Source: Candidatus Helarchaeota archaeon | GTDB taxonomy: Archaea > Asgardarchaeota > Lokiarchaeia > Helarchaeales > RDOG01 | Direction of reading: 5' to 3' | Length of the DNA: 64,000 nucleotides | Assembly: GCA_019058315.1 (NCBI GenBank) | Contig: JAHPZH010000008.1 | Span: forward strand, 144,869-208,868 | Shown here: positions 19,925 to 30,357 of the stretch, in pieces | Layout of the letters: every line of letters starts with the position of its first letter | How positions within the stretch are numbered: the first letter of the stretch is position 1 | Program-made: the position numbers and the translations under genes | Notes under the pieces: model-generated | What the model saw: only the letters and a program-made list of their open reading frames with translations | The model's database searches: none | What the model was told of the DNA's origin: nothing

Positions 19925-21247
19925 TTATTTATTCATCACTTTATTTGCAATACCGAGCACTTCATCCATAGACAAAGCCATTCTTCTAATTGTATCATAA
20001 TAATTTTTTACGAATTCTTCCTTTATCTTCGCTTTTTCCGCTTCACGCTTTTCTTGTAAATCTTTCACTTTTAGAGTAATTTCTCGCAGTTGTTCCTTAT
20101 TTGGTTCTACACCATGAGGTTTTAATGCTTCTTCAAGGACCACAGCAGTTCCAGAGAATTTTCCAAATGCAAACTCGCTTTTTCGACCTAATAAATCGTG
20201 TGGAATCATTTCATAGATGTGCGGATGAGCAAGTACACCGTGTGCGTGAATTCCTGATTCATGTCGAAAAGCATTCATTCCCACGATCGGTTTATTGACA
20301 TGTATTGGTATTCCCGCATATCTGGAAACCATTTCACATAATTCCATTAATTTATCGTATTTAATCCGTAATTTTATTCCGTAAATTGTTCTGAGTGCAA
20401 CAACTATTTCCTCTATTGCGGTGTTTCCGCACCGTTCTCCTATACCCAGAACTGTACCTGATATTGCTGCAGCTCCTTCCTCGAGACATGCAAGAGTATT
20501 TGCTGTGGCTAATCCATGATCATTGTGAAAATGCATTGCCAGAGACATTCCTTCTAATTTATCCTGAACAGTTCGGAAGAACCATTTTGCAGATAGAGGA
20601 TTAAATACACCAACTGTATCGCTAATACCAGTTCCTGCCCAACTATTTCCACAAGCTTCTTTGATAGCTTTAACTATTCTTACATAATAGTCTGTATCGG
20701 ACCTACTAATGTCTTCCATACCGAAAACTATCATAAACCCATGATCTAACGCATAATCTAATAATTCTAAGTATTTATTGATGTTGGATTCTAGATCTAA
20801 TCCCATTTTTTCTCTAATATGAAATTCTGAACAACTGGTGAATAAATCTAACATTCTTGCATCACTACGGATTGCGGCATCAATATCATTTTTGTTCGCA
20901 CGAGCCATAACAAAGCACATAGTCTTTGGAGCGTTTTCACTAATCATTTTACAAGCCCGTTCTTCTTCCTTAGATACACCAGGATATCCTATCTCACACG
21001 CAGCAACTCCAACTTCACCAAGCATTTGAACAATATCTACTTTCTGCTCAGGAGTGAAGACTATTCCCACTTGTTGTTCTCCGTCTCTACAAGTGGTATC
21101 AGTAATTGTAATACTAGATGAAAACTTATAATGTTTTTTAACTTCTTCCACTTCTACTGCGTAATTATGAGCCCAACCTTCTTCATAAGGTTTACGATAT
21201 TCTTCGGGTAAGAGCTTTAAAAATTTCTCTAATTTAATTTTTGGCAT
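19925..21247 (-). CDS. Homocitrate/isopropylmalate synthase family (DRE-TIM) enzyme without regulatory domain
   Basis: DTTCRDGEQQ, HFHNDHGLA, GIGERCGN, AFRHESGIH and GKFSG motifs. Confidence 0.92.
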   Translation of the reverse strand: MPKIKLEKFLKLLPEEYRKPYEEGWAHNYAVEVEEVKKHYKFSSSITITDTTCRDGEQQVGIVFTPEQKVDIVQMLGEVGVAACEIGYPGVSKEEERACKMISENAPKTMCFVMARANKNDIDAAIRSDARMLDLFTSCSEFHIREKMGLDLESNINKYLELLDYALDHGFMIVFGMEDISRSDTDYYVRIVKAIKEACGNSWAGTGISDTVGVFNPLSAKWFFRTVQDKLEGMSLAMHFHNDHGLATANTLACLEEGAAAISGTVLGIGERCGNTAIEEIVVALRTIYGIKLRIKYDKLMELCEMVSRYAGIPIHVNKPIVGMNAFRHESGIHAHGVLAHPHIYEMIPHDLLGRKSEFAFGKFSGTAVVLEEALKPHGVEPNKEQLREITLKVKDLQEKREAEKAKIKEEFVKNYYDTIRRMALSMDEVLGIANKVMNK

Positions 21248-21450
21248 AAAATCTTCCTAATAAATTAATTTTGATTAAGTATATTTGATAATTAGGTTTA
21301 TAATATTTTACATAATGAAATCAAAGCTAATTGTCTATTATTAAAAACGGAAAATAAATGGTAAAACGCTAATTGAGTAAAAATTAGATTTTTAAGGTAA
21401 TTATTAAATGTAAATAAAGGTTTTACCGCACTAATTCATATTTAAATATA

Positions 21451-21466
21451 TATCTAATATTAGATA
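21451..21466. promoter_or_regulatory. Perfect 16-bp palindrome TATCTAATATTAGATA between the divergent synthase paralogues
   Basis: Self-complementary sequence in the shared intergenic region; AT-rich, so chance cannot be excluded. Confidence 0.35.
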
Positions 21467-21527
21467 ATTTTTGAATTAGATAAATTTTTAATAATTCTTT
21501 ATGTTTTAAATCCTAGATATAAATTAA

Positions 21528-22883
21528 TTGAAAAAGGGAAAAAAAATGCCAAAATTATCTATGAAGAAATTTTTGAAACTTATGCCAGAAGAATATCGAG
21601 CAGCATATGAACAAGGAATGATTCATAATTATACTATAGAAGTTCCAGAAGTTGTGGAACAGTTTAACTTTGCTCCATCAGTTGTTATTAGTGATACAAC
21701 TTGTCGCGATGGAGAACAGCAACCAGGGGTTATTTTTACTCCCGAGCAAAAAGTGGATATTGTCCAAATGCTAGGGGAAATAGGCGTTAGTTTAATAGAA
21801 ATAGGTTATCCAGGCGTCAGTGAAGATGAAATGAAAGCTTGTAAGATGATTTCTGAAAATGCACCAAAAGCTATTTGTTTTGTTATGGCAAGAGCAAACA
21901 AGAGAGATATTGACTCAGCTATGAAAGCAGATGCAAAAATGTTAGATTTATTTACTTCTTGTTCAGAGTTTCATATACGCGATAAACTTGGGTTGACACC
22001 CGAGTCGAACATTGAAATGTACATGGAAATGCTTGATTATGCTATTGACCATGGTTTCATGATTGTTTTCGGAATGGAGGACATTTCTCGTAGTAGCCTG
22101 GATTATTACGCAGATATAATAGTAAAGGCGAGAGAACGAGCTGGTTCACATTGGGCAGGAACTGGAATTTCCGATACTACTGGGATATTTACCCCGAAAT
22201 CCGCTGCATGGTTTTATCTCGAAGCAAAGAAAAAATTAGCTGAGAGAGGGCATCCAGATTTTGCCCTGGGGATGCATTTCCATAATGATCATGGTCTTGC
22301 AGTTGCCAATTCACTAGCGTGCTTAGAGGTGGGAGCTGGAGCGATACAGGGAACAGTTTTAGGTATCGGTGAACGTTGTGGTAACACTCCAATAGAAGAA
22401 GTAATGGTAGCGCTTCGTACATTATATGGCATTAAGTTAAGAGTAAAATATGACAAAATCCCAGAATTATGTGAAATGGTATCAAAATATTCTGGAATTC
22501 CAATCCCCGTTAATAAACCGATAGTGGGAATGAATGCTTTTCGCCATGAATCAGGCATCCATGCTCATGGAGTCCTTGCTCATCCGCACATCTATGAAAT
22601 GATTCCACACGATTTGTTAGGTCGAAAAAGCGAGTTTGCATTTGGAAAATTCTCTGGACAAGCGGTTGTGCTTGAAGAATGTTTAAAACCGCATGGAATT
22701 ACACCAAATAAGGAACAACTTCTACAAATTACGCTAAAAGTAAAAGCTAAGCATGAAGCAAGAGAAAAGGAAAATCAAAAGAAAAAAGTAGAATTTGTAA
22801 AACTTTATCAAGACACTATGAGACAATTGGCACTCTCGATGGATGAAGTTATTGAAATTGCAAAAGAAGTAATGGGTAAATAA
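21528..22883 (+). CDS. Homocitrate/isopropylmalate synthase family enzyme, divergent paralogue (likely ATG 21546)
   Basis: Same motifs; shares the identical block NKPIVGMNAFRHESGIHAHGVLAHPHIYEMIPHDLLGRKSEFAFGKFSG with 19925..21247. Confidence 0.92.
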   Translation: MKKGKKMPKLSMKKFLKLMPEEYRAAYEQGMIHNYTIEVPEVVEQFNFAPSVVISDTTCRDGEQQPGVIFTPEQKVDIVQMLGEIGVSLIEIGYPGVSEDEMKACKMISENAPKAICFVMARANKRDIDSAMKADAKMLDLFTSCSEFHIRDKLGLTPESNIEMYMEMLDYAIDHGFMIVFGMEDISRSSLDYYADIIVKARERAGSHWAGTGISDTTGIFTPKSAAWFYLEAKKKLAERGHPDFALGMHFHNDHGLAVANSLACLEVGAGAIQGTVLGIGERCGNTPIEEVMVALRTLYGIKLRVKYDKIPELCEMVSKYSGIPIPVNKPIVGMNAFRHESGIHAHGVLAHPHIYEMIPHDLLGRKSEFAFGKFSGQAVVLEECLKPHGITPNKEQLLQITLKVKAKHEAREKENQKKKVEFVKLYQDTMRQLALSMDEVIEIAKEVMGK

Positions 22884-22937
22884 TACCCTATTTTTTTAAT
22901 CCTATTTTTTTAATATTTTTTAATTTCATAATTATTT

Positions 22938-24185
22938 TTACCATATTCCAAAAATAAAATACGAAACCAAACCCATTACAATTGGTAGCATTAGTGGATT
23001 CACAATATTATCTGATAGTTTTATTGGAGGAGAAAAATAATCAAATATCAGAAATGCGATTGCTCCTATTAAATTTACTACAATGCCAATTATTAATATA
23101 CTCATAAAAGACAGTTTTTGACCATACCAGACCAATCCCACGAGAACATAACTAACAAGCCCCAAAGCAAATGAACTGGTAAATCCTGCTATGCAGCCTT
23201 CCCAAGTTTTACTTGATTTTCCACCTTGAATTTTTCTTTTTCCAACACTAACCCCAACAATTGTTGCAGCAGCATCCCCAAATCCACTCATTGCAATTGT
23301 ACTCATCGCAATAGGACCAGAGAACAGCACAGTTGAAAAAAGAAGTCCAAAAACTAAGTAGATATGAGGTCCTAGAACAGAACGTTCCCTTTCTCGATAA
23401 ACAAATGTTATTTCTTTTATTGGATAGAATCTATAATTGTAAATTCGAATAAAATCGGTTACCATCAATAGATTTCCTATAATTACAAAGGCAAAGACGC
23501 ATATACCTTTTCCTAGCGTGAGTTCAATTCCTGGGAACCAAACTGTTGGTCCGTATTGGGCTAGATATTGGAGTGGGTGTTCAGTTTCTGTAATATCGAT
23601 TGGGATAGAAAATATTGATCTATAAAAACTTTGGAATCCAAGGAAAAAGTAATCATAGACTTGCGCAATTGAGTCATAAACAGCTGTACCTATAAGGTCT
23701 CCCACAACCAAATAACAGACTATTACTCCTATGACGCAGATATGAAAGGTTTTTCGTGATAATTCCTTATCTAATGGATGTATCTTTTTTCGGTCTTCAG
23801 GTTCGTATATACCAACCCATTTTTTACCCCAGGATTCATAATAATAATATAAAGCAACAAATAAGAAGATAATACCTCCAAAATAAAAAACCATGGAAGA
23901 AAAAGGAATTGGAACTGGGAGCGCTACTGCTCTATACCACGAAATCATTAATTCATGGGCAAAAATCACTTTTAAAGATTGAAGTAAAACTGGTAATGAG
24001 ACTATAATAAAATATACACCTACCACCACACAACTTAAAAAGACTAGAATTGAGGATTGACTTGCGTATCGATTATCTTCCCAATGATCTTTTATAAGTT
24101 TATAGATAAATGGGCAAAAAACCAGTAGAAGTACTCCAGTAAATAAATTATAGATTCCAAATACTGACATATAAGAACATTCCAT
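22938..24185 (-). CDS. Dolichol/phytol kinase-like CTP-dependent polyprenol kinase with extra N-terminal TM region
   Basis: RKTFHI, GDAAA.IVG..G and KTWEG..AGF motifs. Confidence 0.82.
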   Translation of the reverse strand: MECSYMSVFGIYNLFTGVLLLVFCPFIYKLIKDHWEDNRYASQSSILVFLSCVVVGVYFIIVSLPVLLQSLKVIFAHELMISWYRAVALPVPIPFSSMVFYFGGIIFLFVALYYYYESWGKKWVGIYEPEDRKKIHPLDKELSRKTFHICVIGVIVCYLVVGDLIGTAVYDSIAQVYDYFFLGFQSFYRSIFSIPIDITETEHPLQYLAQYGPTVWFPGIELTLGKGICVFAFVIIGNLLMVTDFIRIYNYRFYPIKEITFVYRERERSVLGPHIYLVFGLLFSTVLFSGPIAMSTIAMSGFGDAAATIVGVSVGKRKIQGGKSSKTWEGCIAGFTSSFALGLVSYVLVGLVWYGQKLSFMSILIIGIVVNLIGAIAFLIFDYFSPPIKLSDNIVNPLMLPIVMGLVSYFIFGIW

Positions 24186-24188
24186 TGA

Positions 24189-24446
24189 TTAAATTGGGGG
24201 CATTCCAAAAAGCATTGGCCAAACAAAATTCAAAGTGATTAGGATAGCTATGATAATACCACCTATAGTAGAAATTATATACATTAATTTGTGATATTTT
24301 TCATTATAAATCGTTAGAAAGAATATAATTGTTATTGTAAAGTAAATGATTATAAGCGTTGTTCCCATAATTGTTTCAACTGTATTTTGAAGCTGACCGT
24401 AGCCGCTTAAGAAAAAAAATGACCAAAATTCAATTTGAAAAGCCAA
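24189..24446 (-). CDS. Small two-TM membrane protein
   Basis: TTG start after AGGAG; stop 3 nt before the kinase start. Confidence 0.65.
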   Translation of the reverse strand: MAFQIEFWSFFFLSGYGQLQNTVETIMGTTLIIIYFTITIIFFLTIYNEKYHKLMYIISTIGGIIIAILITLNFVWPMLFGMPPI

Positions 24447-24606
24447 TTATAACACTCCTAGAGCCGATAAATCTAATGCTTTAGAATAATCTAACATAAA
24501 TATTAATTTCAATTTAAACTTTATTTTAAATTTATAAAATATGATTACAATAAAATTTTAAATTAATTTAATAGAATTAAAAAAAAATTAGAGTAGATAT
24601 AAGAGG

Positions 24607-25095
24607 TTAATATTCGTATTCCTCAGTAACTTCAATCGTTCTTTGTTCTTCCATTCCAAGAATACTAATAATAAATTGAAGTATATAGATCGATAAGATA
24701 AGGGTGCTATAGAAGGAATCAATAGTATAAAAAATGTAAGGTAACATAGAAATAAACGCTGCATAATATAAAATCAAAAAAGGAATAAGGATTTTTTTAT
24801 TCTCACGAAAATCATAATCAACAATTTCAATATATTCTAAAAGCAAGTCAAGAATTACGAATGCAATAAATATTAAAGGTATTACTATTGTCCACCAGTA
24901 ACGTCCAGCTATAATATTGGAAATTAGAACATATCCAGCGGGGATTCCATGTAAAATAACGAAAATTCCAATGATTTCTTGCGCCTTTTCCCAATTTTTA
25001 ATGCGACAAATCATAACACCTATCATTAATAGGTTTGTAAGCAGTACAACAATGAAAAATATGAAATCTATAAGAAAATAATCAGGAACTAACAT
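24607..25095 (-). CDS. Multi-TM membrane protein, unknown function
   Basis: About 5 hydrophobic segments. Confidence 0.65.
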   Translation of the reverse strand: MLVPDYFLIDFIFFIVVLLTNLLMIGVMICRIKNWEKAQEIIGIFVILHGIPAGYVLISNIIAGRYWWTIVIPLIFIAFVILDLLLEYIEIVDYDFRENKKILIPFLILYYAAFISMLPYIFYTIDSFYSTLILSIYILQFIISILGMEEQRTIEVTEEYEY

Positions 25096-25391
25096 TTTAC
25101 TAACCTATAGAATAAAAAAGAAATATATTTTAATTTAATTTTTCTTAATAAATATGATACAAACTATCAAATGAATTTAAAGGGGTTTAATAAGTTCTCT
25201 ATGATTTTTTCAAAACTTTTATGATTTTTATTATTTTTTTTCTTCATTTTTTAATAACATCTTTCATTTTATTATCAAATTTAGATTTTTGTTTATTATG
25301 AATTTTATTCATGTTTTTATATTAACTCAATGCAAAAGATAATATACATTTACTCATTCTTTTTATTGAAATAAATCTGGAGCTTTCAAAC

Positions 25392-26417
25392 TTGTCAGAA
25401 TTATCAGAAGTACGAGATATTGTAGAAACTGTAGAAATTACCAAAGCTTTTGATGAAAATGTAGCAGTTGATCATGTTAGTTTCAACATTAAAGAAGGCG
25501 AGATTTTCGGTTTATTAGGACCCAATGGTGCTGGTAAAACTACAATGATTAAAATGTTATGTACGTTATTGGTCCCATCTGATGGAATTGCAAAAGTTGG
25601 TGGTCATGATGTTATTAAAGAACCATTAAAGGTCAAAGAAATAATAGGCTATGTTCCTCAAGACATAACAGTTGATGGTTTTTTAACAGGTCGGGAAAAT
25701 TTAGAGCTACAAGCAGCCTTATATAATATTAAAGGGGAAGAAAGAGAAAGGAGAATAGACGAGGTTCTGAAATTAGTTCAATTACGTGAAAGAGCAGATG
25801 GTCTTGTTAATTATTTTTCCGGTGGTATGAGAAGGAGATTAGAAATTGCAAGAGGACTTATGGTTGAACCTCAATTATTATTTCTTGATGAGCCTACGCT
25901 TGGATTAGATCCAGCATCTAGAAAGGCAGTTTGGAATCATGTTCAAAAATTACGCAAAAAACAAAAATTAGCAATTCTAATGTCAACCCATTATATGGAA
26001 GAAGCAGATAAACTCTGTGACAGAATCGCAATTATAGATCGAGGACGATTTATTGCTTTAGATACTCCTACAAATTTAAAAAAGCAAATTGGTGGAACAA
26101 TTATTGAAATAGAACTTTCCAAGTCTATTAATCGAATGAAAAAATTACTTACTCAAAATAACGATTATATAGATAATATAAATCAAATAAATGAAACTAC
26201 ATTACAAATAGAAGTGCAAGATAGTGATACGGCTCTTCCAAAAATTTTTAAAGTAGCTAGTGGAGCAGATATAGATATTAACCAAGTTAGAATAAGGCAA
26301 CCTACTCTAGAAGATGTATTCTTACATTATACGGGAAAAACTCTTCGTGATGAAGATTTAAATGACCCTTTTTCATTTGTAAGGAGCCAAATTTCTAAAC
26401 GAATGAGGAGTTTTTAA
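25392..26417 (+). CDS. ABC-2 (DrrA-type) exporter ATP-binding subunit
   Basis: GPNGAGKTT, FSGGMRRR, LDEPTLGLD, THYMEEA and PTLEDVF motifs. Confidence 0.95.
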   Translation: MSELSEVRDIVETVEITKAFDENVAVDHVSFNIKEGEIFGLLGPNGAGKTTMIKMLCTLLVPSDGIAKVGGHDVIKEPLKVKEIIGYVPQDITVDGFLTGRENLELQAALYNIKGEERERRIDEVLKLVQLRERADGLVNYFSGGMRRRLEIARGLMVEPQLLFLDEPTLGLDPASRKAVWNHVQKLRKKQKLAILMSTHYMEEADKLCDRIAIIDRGRFIALDTPTNLKKQIGGTIIEIELSKSINRMKKLLTQNNDYIDNINQINETTLQIEVQDSDTALPKIFKVASGADIDINQVRIRQPTLEDVFLHYTGKTLRDEDLNDPFSFVRSQISKRMRSF

Positions 26418-26439
26418 GGAATTTATTGAGGTATTTAAA

Positions 26440-27543
26440 ATGTTAGGATTTGATTGGTCAGGAATTTGGGGTATAACAAGACGAGATATAATAAAATATT
26501 TTCGAAATAAAAATCAAATTATCACTTCATTATTGATGCCAACCATCTTTATGATTTTTATGCGACAAGGATTTGGCTCAGTAGCGCAAAATCCATTTTT
26601 TAATTATGCTAATTATATTGGTGCAGGTATCTTTTGTATGACATCAGTCATGGGTGGTCTTTTTTTGTCTGGAATGCCCATTCTCTTCGATAAAATGATG
26701 GGATTCTCAGATGTTCTAACCGTATCACCTGTAAATCATAAAAATATCGTCTTTGGTTTTATACTTGCTGGAACTTTGAAAATATTATTTCAAGGTTCAG
26801 TGATTTTATTCATAGCTATTTTAACAGGACTTTATCCTGTGGACAATGGATTGGGAGTTTTTGGAATGATCCTCTCAATATTTCCGATATATTTGATCAT
26901 TATCATTGCAGCTATGGCATACGCAAGCATAGGAATTTGTATTGCAGCAAGGTGTGATATGCAAAACTCATTCTTATGGACAACAATCATCCAAATACCA
27001 TTAGTATTTATAAGCGGGGCAATGTTTCCAGTTACTGGTTTTCCACCAATTGTAGCTCAAATCGCTACTTTGAATCCATCTACTTTTCTTGCAGATGGAA
27101 TTCGTATATTTTTAGGAGGAGAAATAGGAAATGCTGGAACTTCCAATATAGTTGGAGGTAATGTGTATTTGGGATATCTGATTGATTTAGGTGTGGTTTG
27201 TATATTTTTTATCCTAATGATAAATTTAGCTTTTATAATATACGGGAGAAGTTTAAAAGAAAGTTCGGGTGGATTTACTGGGATGGTTTCCAAACAGATG
27301 GAAAAACAAAGAAAAAAAATGATGAAAGGTTTAGATCCAGAAACTAGGGAAGTAATGAATTTACTATGGAATAAATTTGGAGCCGGAGATATGCCAAAAT
27401 TATTCATGAAAATGGCAGAGGGTAAAGAGTCTGAAGTTGAACAAATGTTTGCTGATCGGGGAATTTCAAAGGAAGATGCAAATAGGATTTTCGAAGCGGG
27501 TAAGAAAATGATGGAACAAATGGCTTCTGGTAAGAGGAAATAA
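26440..27543 (+). CDS. ABC-2 permease with Met-rich C-terminal cytoplasmic extension
   Basis: Six-TM ABC-2 pattern (SGA.FP, LNP.T...D..R) followed by a ~95-aa helical tail. Confidence 0.88.
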   Translation: MLGFDWSGIWGITRRDIIKYFRNKNQIITSLLMPTIFMIFMRQGFGSVAQNPFFNYANYIGAGIFCMTSVMGGLFLSGMPILFDKMMGFSDVLTVSPVNHKNIVFGFILAGTLKILFQGSVILFIAILTGLYPVDNGLGVFGMILSIFPIYLIIIIAAMAYASIGICIAARCDMQNSFLWTTIIQIPLVFISGAMFPVTGFPPIVAQIATLNPSTFLADGIRIFLGGEIGNAGTSNIVGGNVYLGYLIDLGVVCIFFILMINLAFIIYGRSLKESSGGFTGMVSKQMEKQRKKMMKGLDPETREVMNLLWNKFGAGDMPKLFMKMAEGKESEVEQMFADRGISKEDANRIFEAGKKMMEQMASGKRK

Positions 27544-27676
27544 ATTTTACTATTCTTACTTTCTTTTTGTTACTAAATTAATTTATAAAAAAATTTTAAG
27601 TGAAAATTAGGACAAACTTAATAAAATCTTAGTTTCAATCTAAATTCAATTTCTTATTACATTTAAAAGTGATATT

Positions 27677-28831
27677 ATGCCTTATGAAGCAGAAAAACTT
27701 TCAAAAATTAGACCTTCAGGTATCAGAAAAATTTTTGATTTAGCTCAAGGTATGGAAGGCGTAATTAGTCTTGGACTGGGTGCTCCCGATTTTCAAACTC
27801 CCCAATATATTAAGGATGCAATGGTTAAGGCACTAAAAGACGGATTCACGTCATATTCACCAAATTTAGGATATTTAGAGCTAAGAGAACAAATAGTGAA
27901 AAAATATAAAATAGAATATGATTTGGATTACAGAAATGATGAAATATGTATAACTTGTGGTGCTGCAGAAGCCTTATTAGATGTATTTTTAGCGTTTGTT
28001 AATCCTAAAGAAGAGGTTTTAATTCCAGATCCAGGATTTTTAACATATCCGGCACAAGTCATCTTGGCAGGGGGAATTCCAAAGCCTTATCCGCTATATG
28101 AGAAGAATGATTTTAAAGTTGATGCAAATAATCTTAATGAATTAATTACGCCTAAAACTAAAATGTTAGTATTAAATTACCCAAGTAATCCAACTGGGGC
28201 GGTTATGGATGAAAAAGAACTTAAAAAAATTGCAGAAATGGCTGAGGATAATAATTTACTAGTATTTTCGGATGAATGTTATGAAAGACTCATTTATGAC
28301 GGATTAAAACATACATGTTTAGCCTCTTTAGGCATTCAAGATAGAACTATTGTTGTGAATTCATTCTCCAAAACTTTTGCTATGACGGGATGGAGAATTG
28401 GATATATTGTAGCAAAATTAGAATTAATGAAATCAATTTTTAAAACACATCAAATGAATACAGCTTGTGCAAACTCTGCTGCACAAATTGCGGTTTTAGA
28501 GGGACTCAAATCATCCCAGGATTTCACAACAGATATGGTAAAAGAATTCGATAACAGAAGAAAAATTATTGTTAATGGTTTAAATAAAATTCCAGGAATA
28601 AAATGTTTTATGCCTAAGGGAGCATTTTATGCGTTTCCTAATATAGAAGGTACGGGTATGACCTCTACAGAATTTTCTGAATATTTAATTGAGAAAGTGA
28701 AAGTAGCAACTGTTCCTGGCAATGAATTTGGTGAACATGGAGAAGGTTATTTAAGACTTGCATATACAGTTTCTGGGGAAAAATTGTCTGAAGCTCTCGA
28801 TAGGATTTCGCAAGCACTTTCGGAAAAATAA
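27677..28831 (+). CDS. Aspartate/aromatic aminotransferase (PLP class I)
   Basis: NYPSNPTG, SDECY, SFSKTFAMTGWRIGY and GYLRLAY motifs. Confidence 0.95.
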   Translation: MPYEAEKLSKIRPSGIRKIFDLAQGMEGVISLGLGAPDFQTPQYIKDAMVKALKDGFTSYSPNLGYLELREQIVKKYKIEYDLDYRNDEICITCGAAEALLDVFLAFVNPKEEVLIPDPGFLTYPAQVILAGGIPKPYPLYEKNDFKVDANNLNELITPKTKMLVLNYPSNPTGAVMDEKELKKIAEMAEDNNLLVFSDECYERLIYDGLKHTCLASLGIQDRTIVVNSFSKTFAMTGWRIGYIVAKLELMKSIFKTHQMNTACANSAAQIAVLEGLKSSQDFTTDMVKEFDNRRKIIVNGLNKIPGIKCFMPKGAFYAFPNIEGTGMTSTEFSEYLIEKVKVATVPGNEFGEHGEGYLRLAYTVSGEKLSEALDRISQALSEK

Positions 28832-28835
28832 TTAA

Positions 28836-30203
28836 TTATAGAAAACATTGATGAATAGCATTAATAGTATTTTTTAATTGGGCCTTTGGCACCAATATTG
28901 ATATATTTAGACCACCACTAGCTTGGCTGATAGCTAAAACTTCTATTTTTTTTTCACCTAAAGCAGAAAAAACTTTCCCTAATATACCAGGATTACCCAA
29001 ACCTTCTCCTATAATAGCAATTTCTGCTACTATTTCTGATTTAACTTCAAACCATTTTCTAAAAAAATCATCATTTTTTATTATTTTTGTTGCTCTTTCA
29101 CACTCTTTTTTATCTACAACAAAAGTTGTATTAACTTCTGAAGAGGATTGTGAGATCAATGTAACATTAATTTTATTTTCTCCCATTAGTCCAAATAATT
29201 TAGCAACAGTTCCTGGAACTTCTACTAAGGCTTCACTTATTGCAGAAATCATAGCTACTTCATCAATGTAAGCAATTCCCTTTACAGTTGACTTTTTATC
29301 GCCATATTTAGTAATTTTAGTATAGTTCTCTTTGGTTAAATCTTTTATATCTCTGATTTCAAGAGGTATTTCCTTGTATTGAATGTGTTGAATACATGAA
29401 GGATGTAATACTTTTACACCATAATAAGAGATTTCTTTTGCTTCTTCATAGGATAAATTTTCAATTAATGTTGCAGATGGTTCTATTTTTGTATCTGCGG
29501 TCATAATACCAGCTATGGTTTCCCAAAAAATTATTTTAGTATTATATTTTTCTCCTTGCAAAGCATCGGCAATAATAGTTGCAGTTAGATCATTTCCTCC
29601 AGGTCCTAGGGTCGTGATATGCCCTTCTTTATTCCTCCCAATAGAACCAGAAATAATTGGAATTGTATTATTTTCTAAGAAAGGTATAATTATTTCTTGA
29701 ATCTTTTTAGTTGTTACATCCATTATCGGAAGTCCATCTTCACCTATAACGATGAAATTATTAGCAGAGATATATTCAACGTTACAATCATGATTTAATA
29801 GAAAATTTGATAATATATAAGTAGAAAATAATTCCCCAAAAGATATTACAAAGTCAATTTTATAGTTTGAAATTCCAAATTCTTCAATATCCTCTAATTT
29901 TTCTTTAATCTTCTCTAAATTATCCTGAAGAAATTCTTCTAATAAATGAACTTGATATTCAGAAAAAATAGAATGAATAACTTGATTATGTTTATTCTGA
30001 ATATTCTGTAAAATTGAACTAACATCTTCATGTCTTTCAGATTTTAATATAGATTCTCCTAATAACTCAGTAATTTCTGGAAGAGCTGGAATTACAAAGA
30101 TTAATTTTGAATCTTTATATTGATCAATTATTTCTAACATTTTATTATATACATTAATGTCTCTCAAACAACTTCTTCCAAATCTCATAATAGTTAAATT
30201 CAT
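28836..30203 (-). CDS. Aspartate kinase-like protein with two ACT domains (catalytic motifs degenerate)
   Basis: SFGE..S, TTLG.GG.D, LSYEEA.E....G.KVLHP and ISQSSSE (ACT). The usual KFGG reads RFGR. Confidence 0.85.
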   Translation of the reverse strand: MNLTIMRFGRSCLRDINVYNKMLEIIDQYKDSKLIFVIPALPEITELLGESILKSERHEDVSSILQNIQNKHNQVIHSIFSEYQVHLLEEFLQDNLEKIKEKLEDIEEFGISNYKIDFVISFGELFSTYILSNFLLNHDCNVEYISANNFIVIGEDGLPIMDVTTKKIQEIIIPFLENNTIPIISGSIGRNKEGHITTLGPGGNDLTATIIADALQGEKYNTKIIFWETIAGIMTADTKIEPSATLIENLSYEEAKEISYYGVKVLHPSCIQHIQYKEIPLEIRDIKDLTKENYTKITKYGDKKSTVKGIAYIDEVAMISAISEALVEVPGTVAKLFGLMGENKINVTLISQSSSEVNTTFVVDKKECERATKIIKNDDFFRKWFEVKSEIVAEIAIIGEGLGNPGILGKVFSALGEKKIEVLAISQASGGLNISILVPKAQLKNTINAIHQCFL

Positions 30204-30357
30204 TCAATTTTCCTCCATTTCATCAAAACTTAATTATTTTACTTTTAAAATATTATAAATTCAATATTTAAAAATTTATAAGGAATTAAACTTGATCGAA
30301 GAATGTGCTATAAATAACCAATTAATAATATATGTAATCTTAACGAAAAAGGATACT

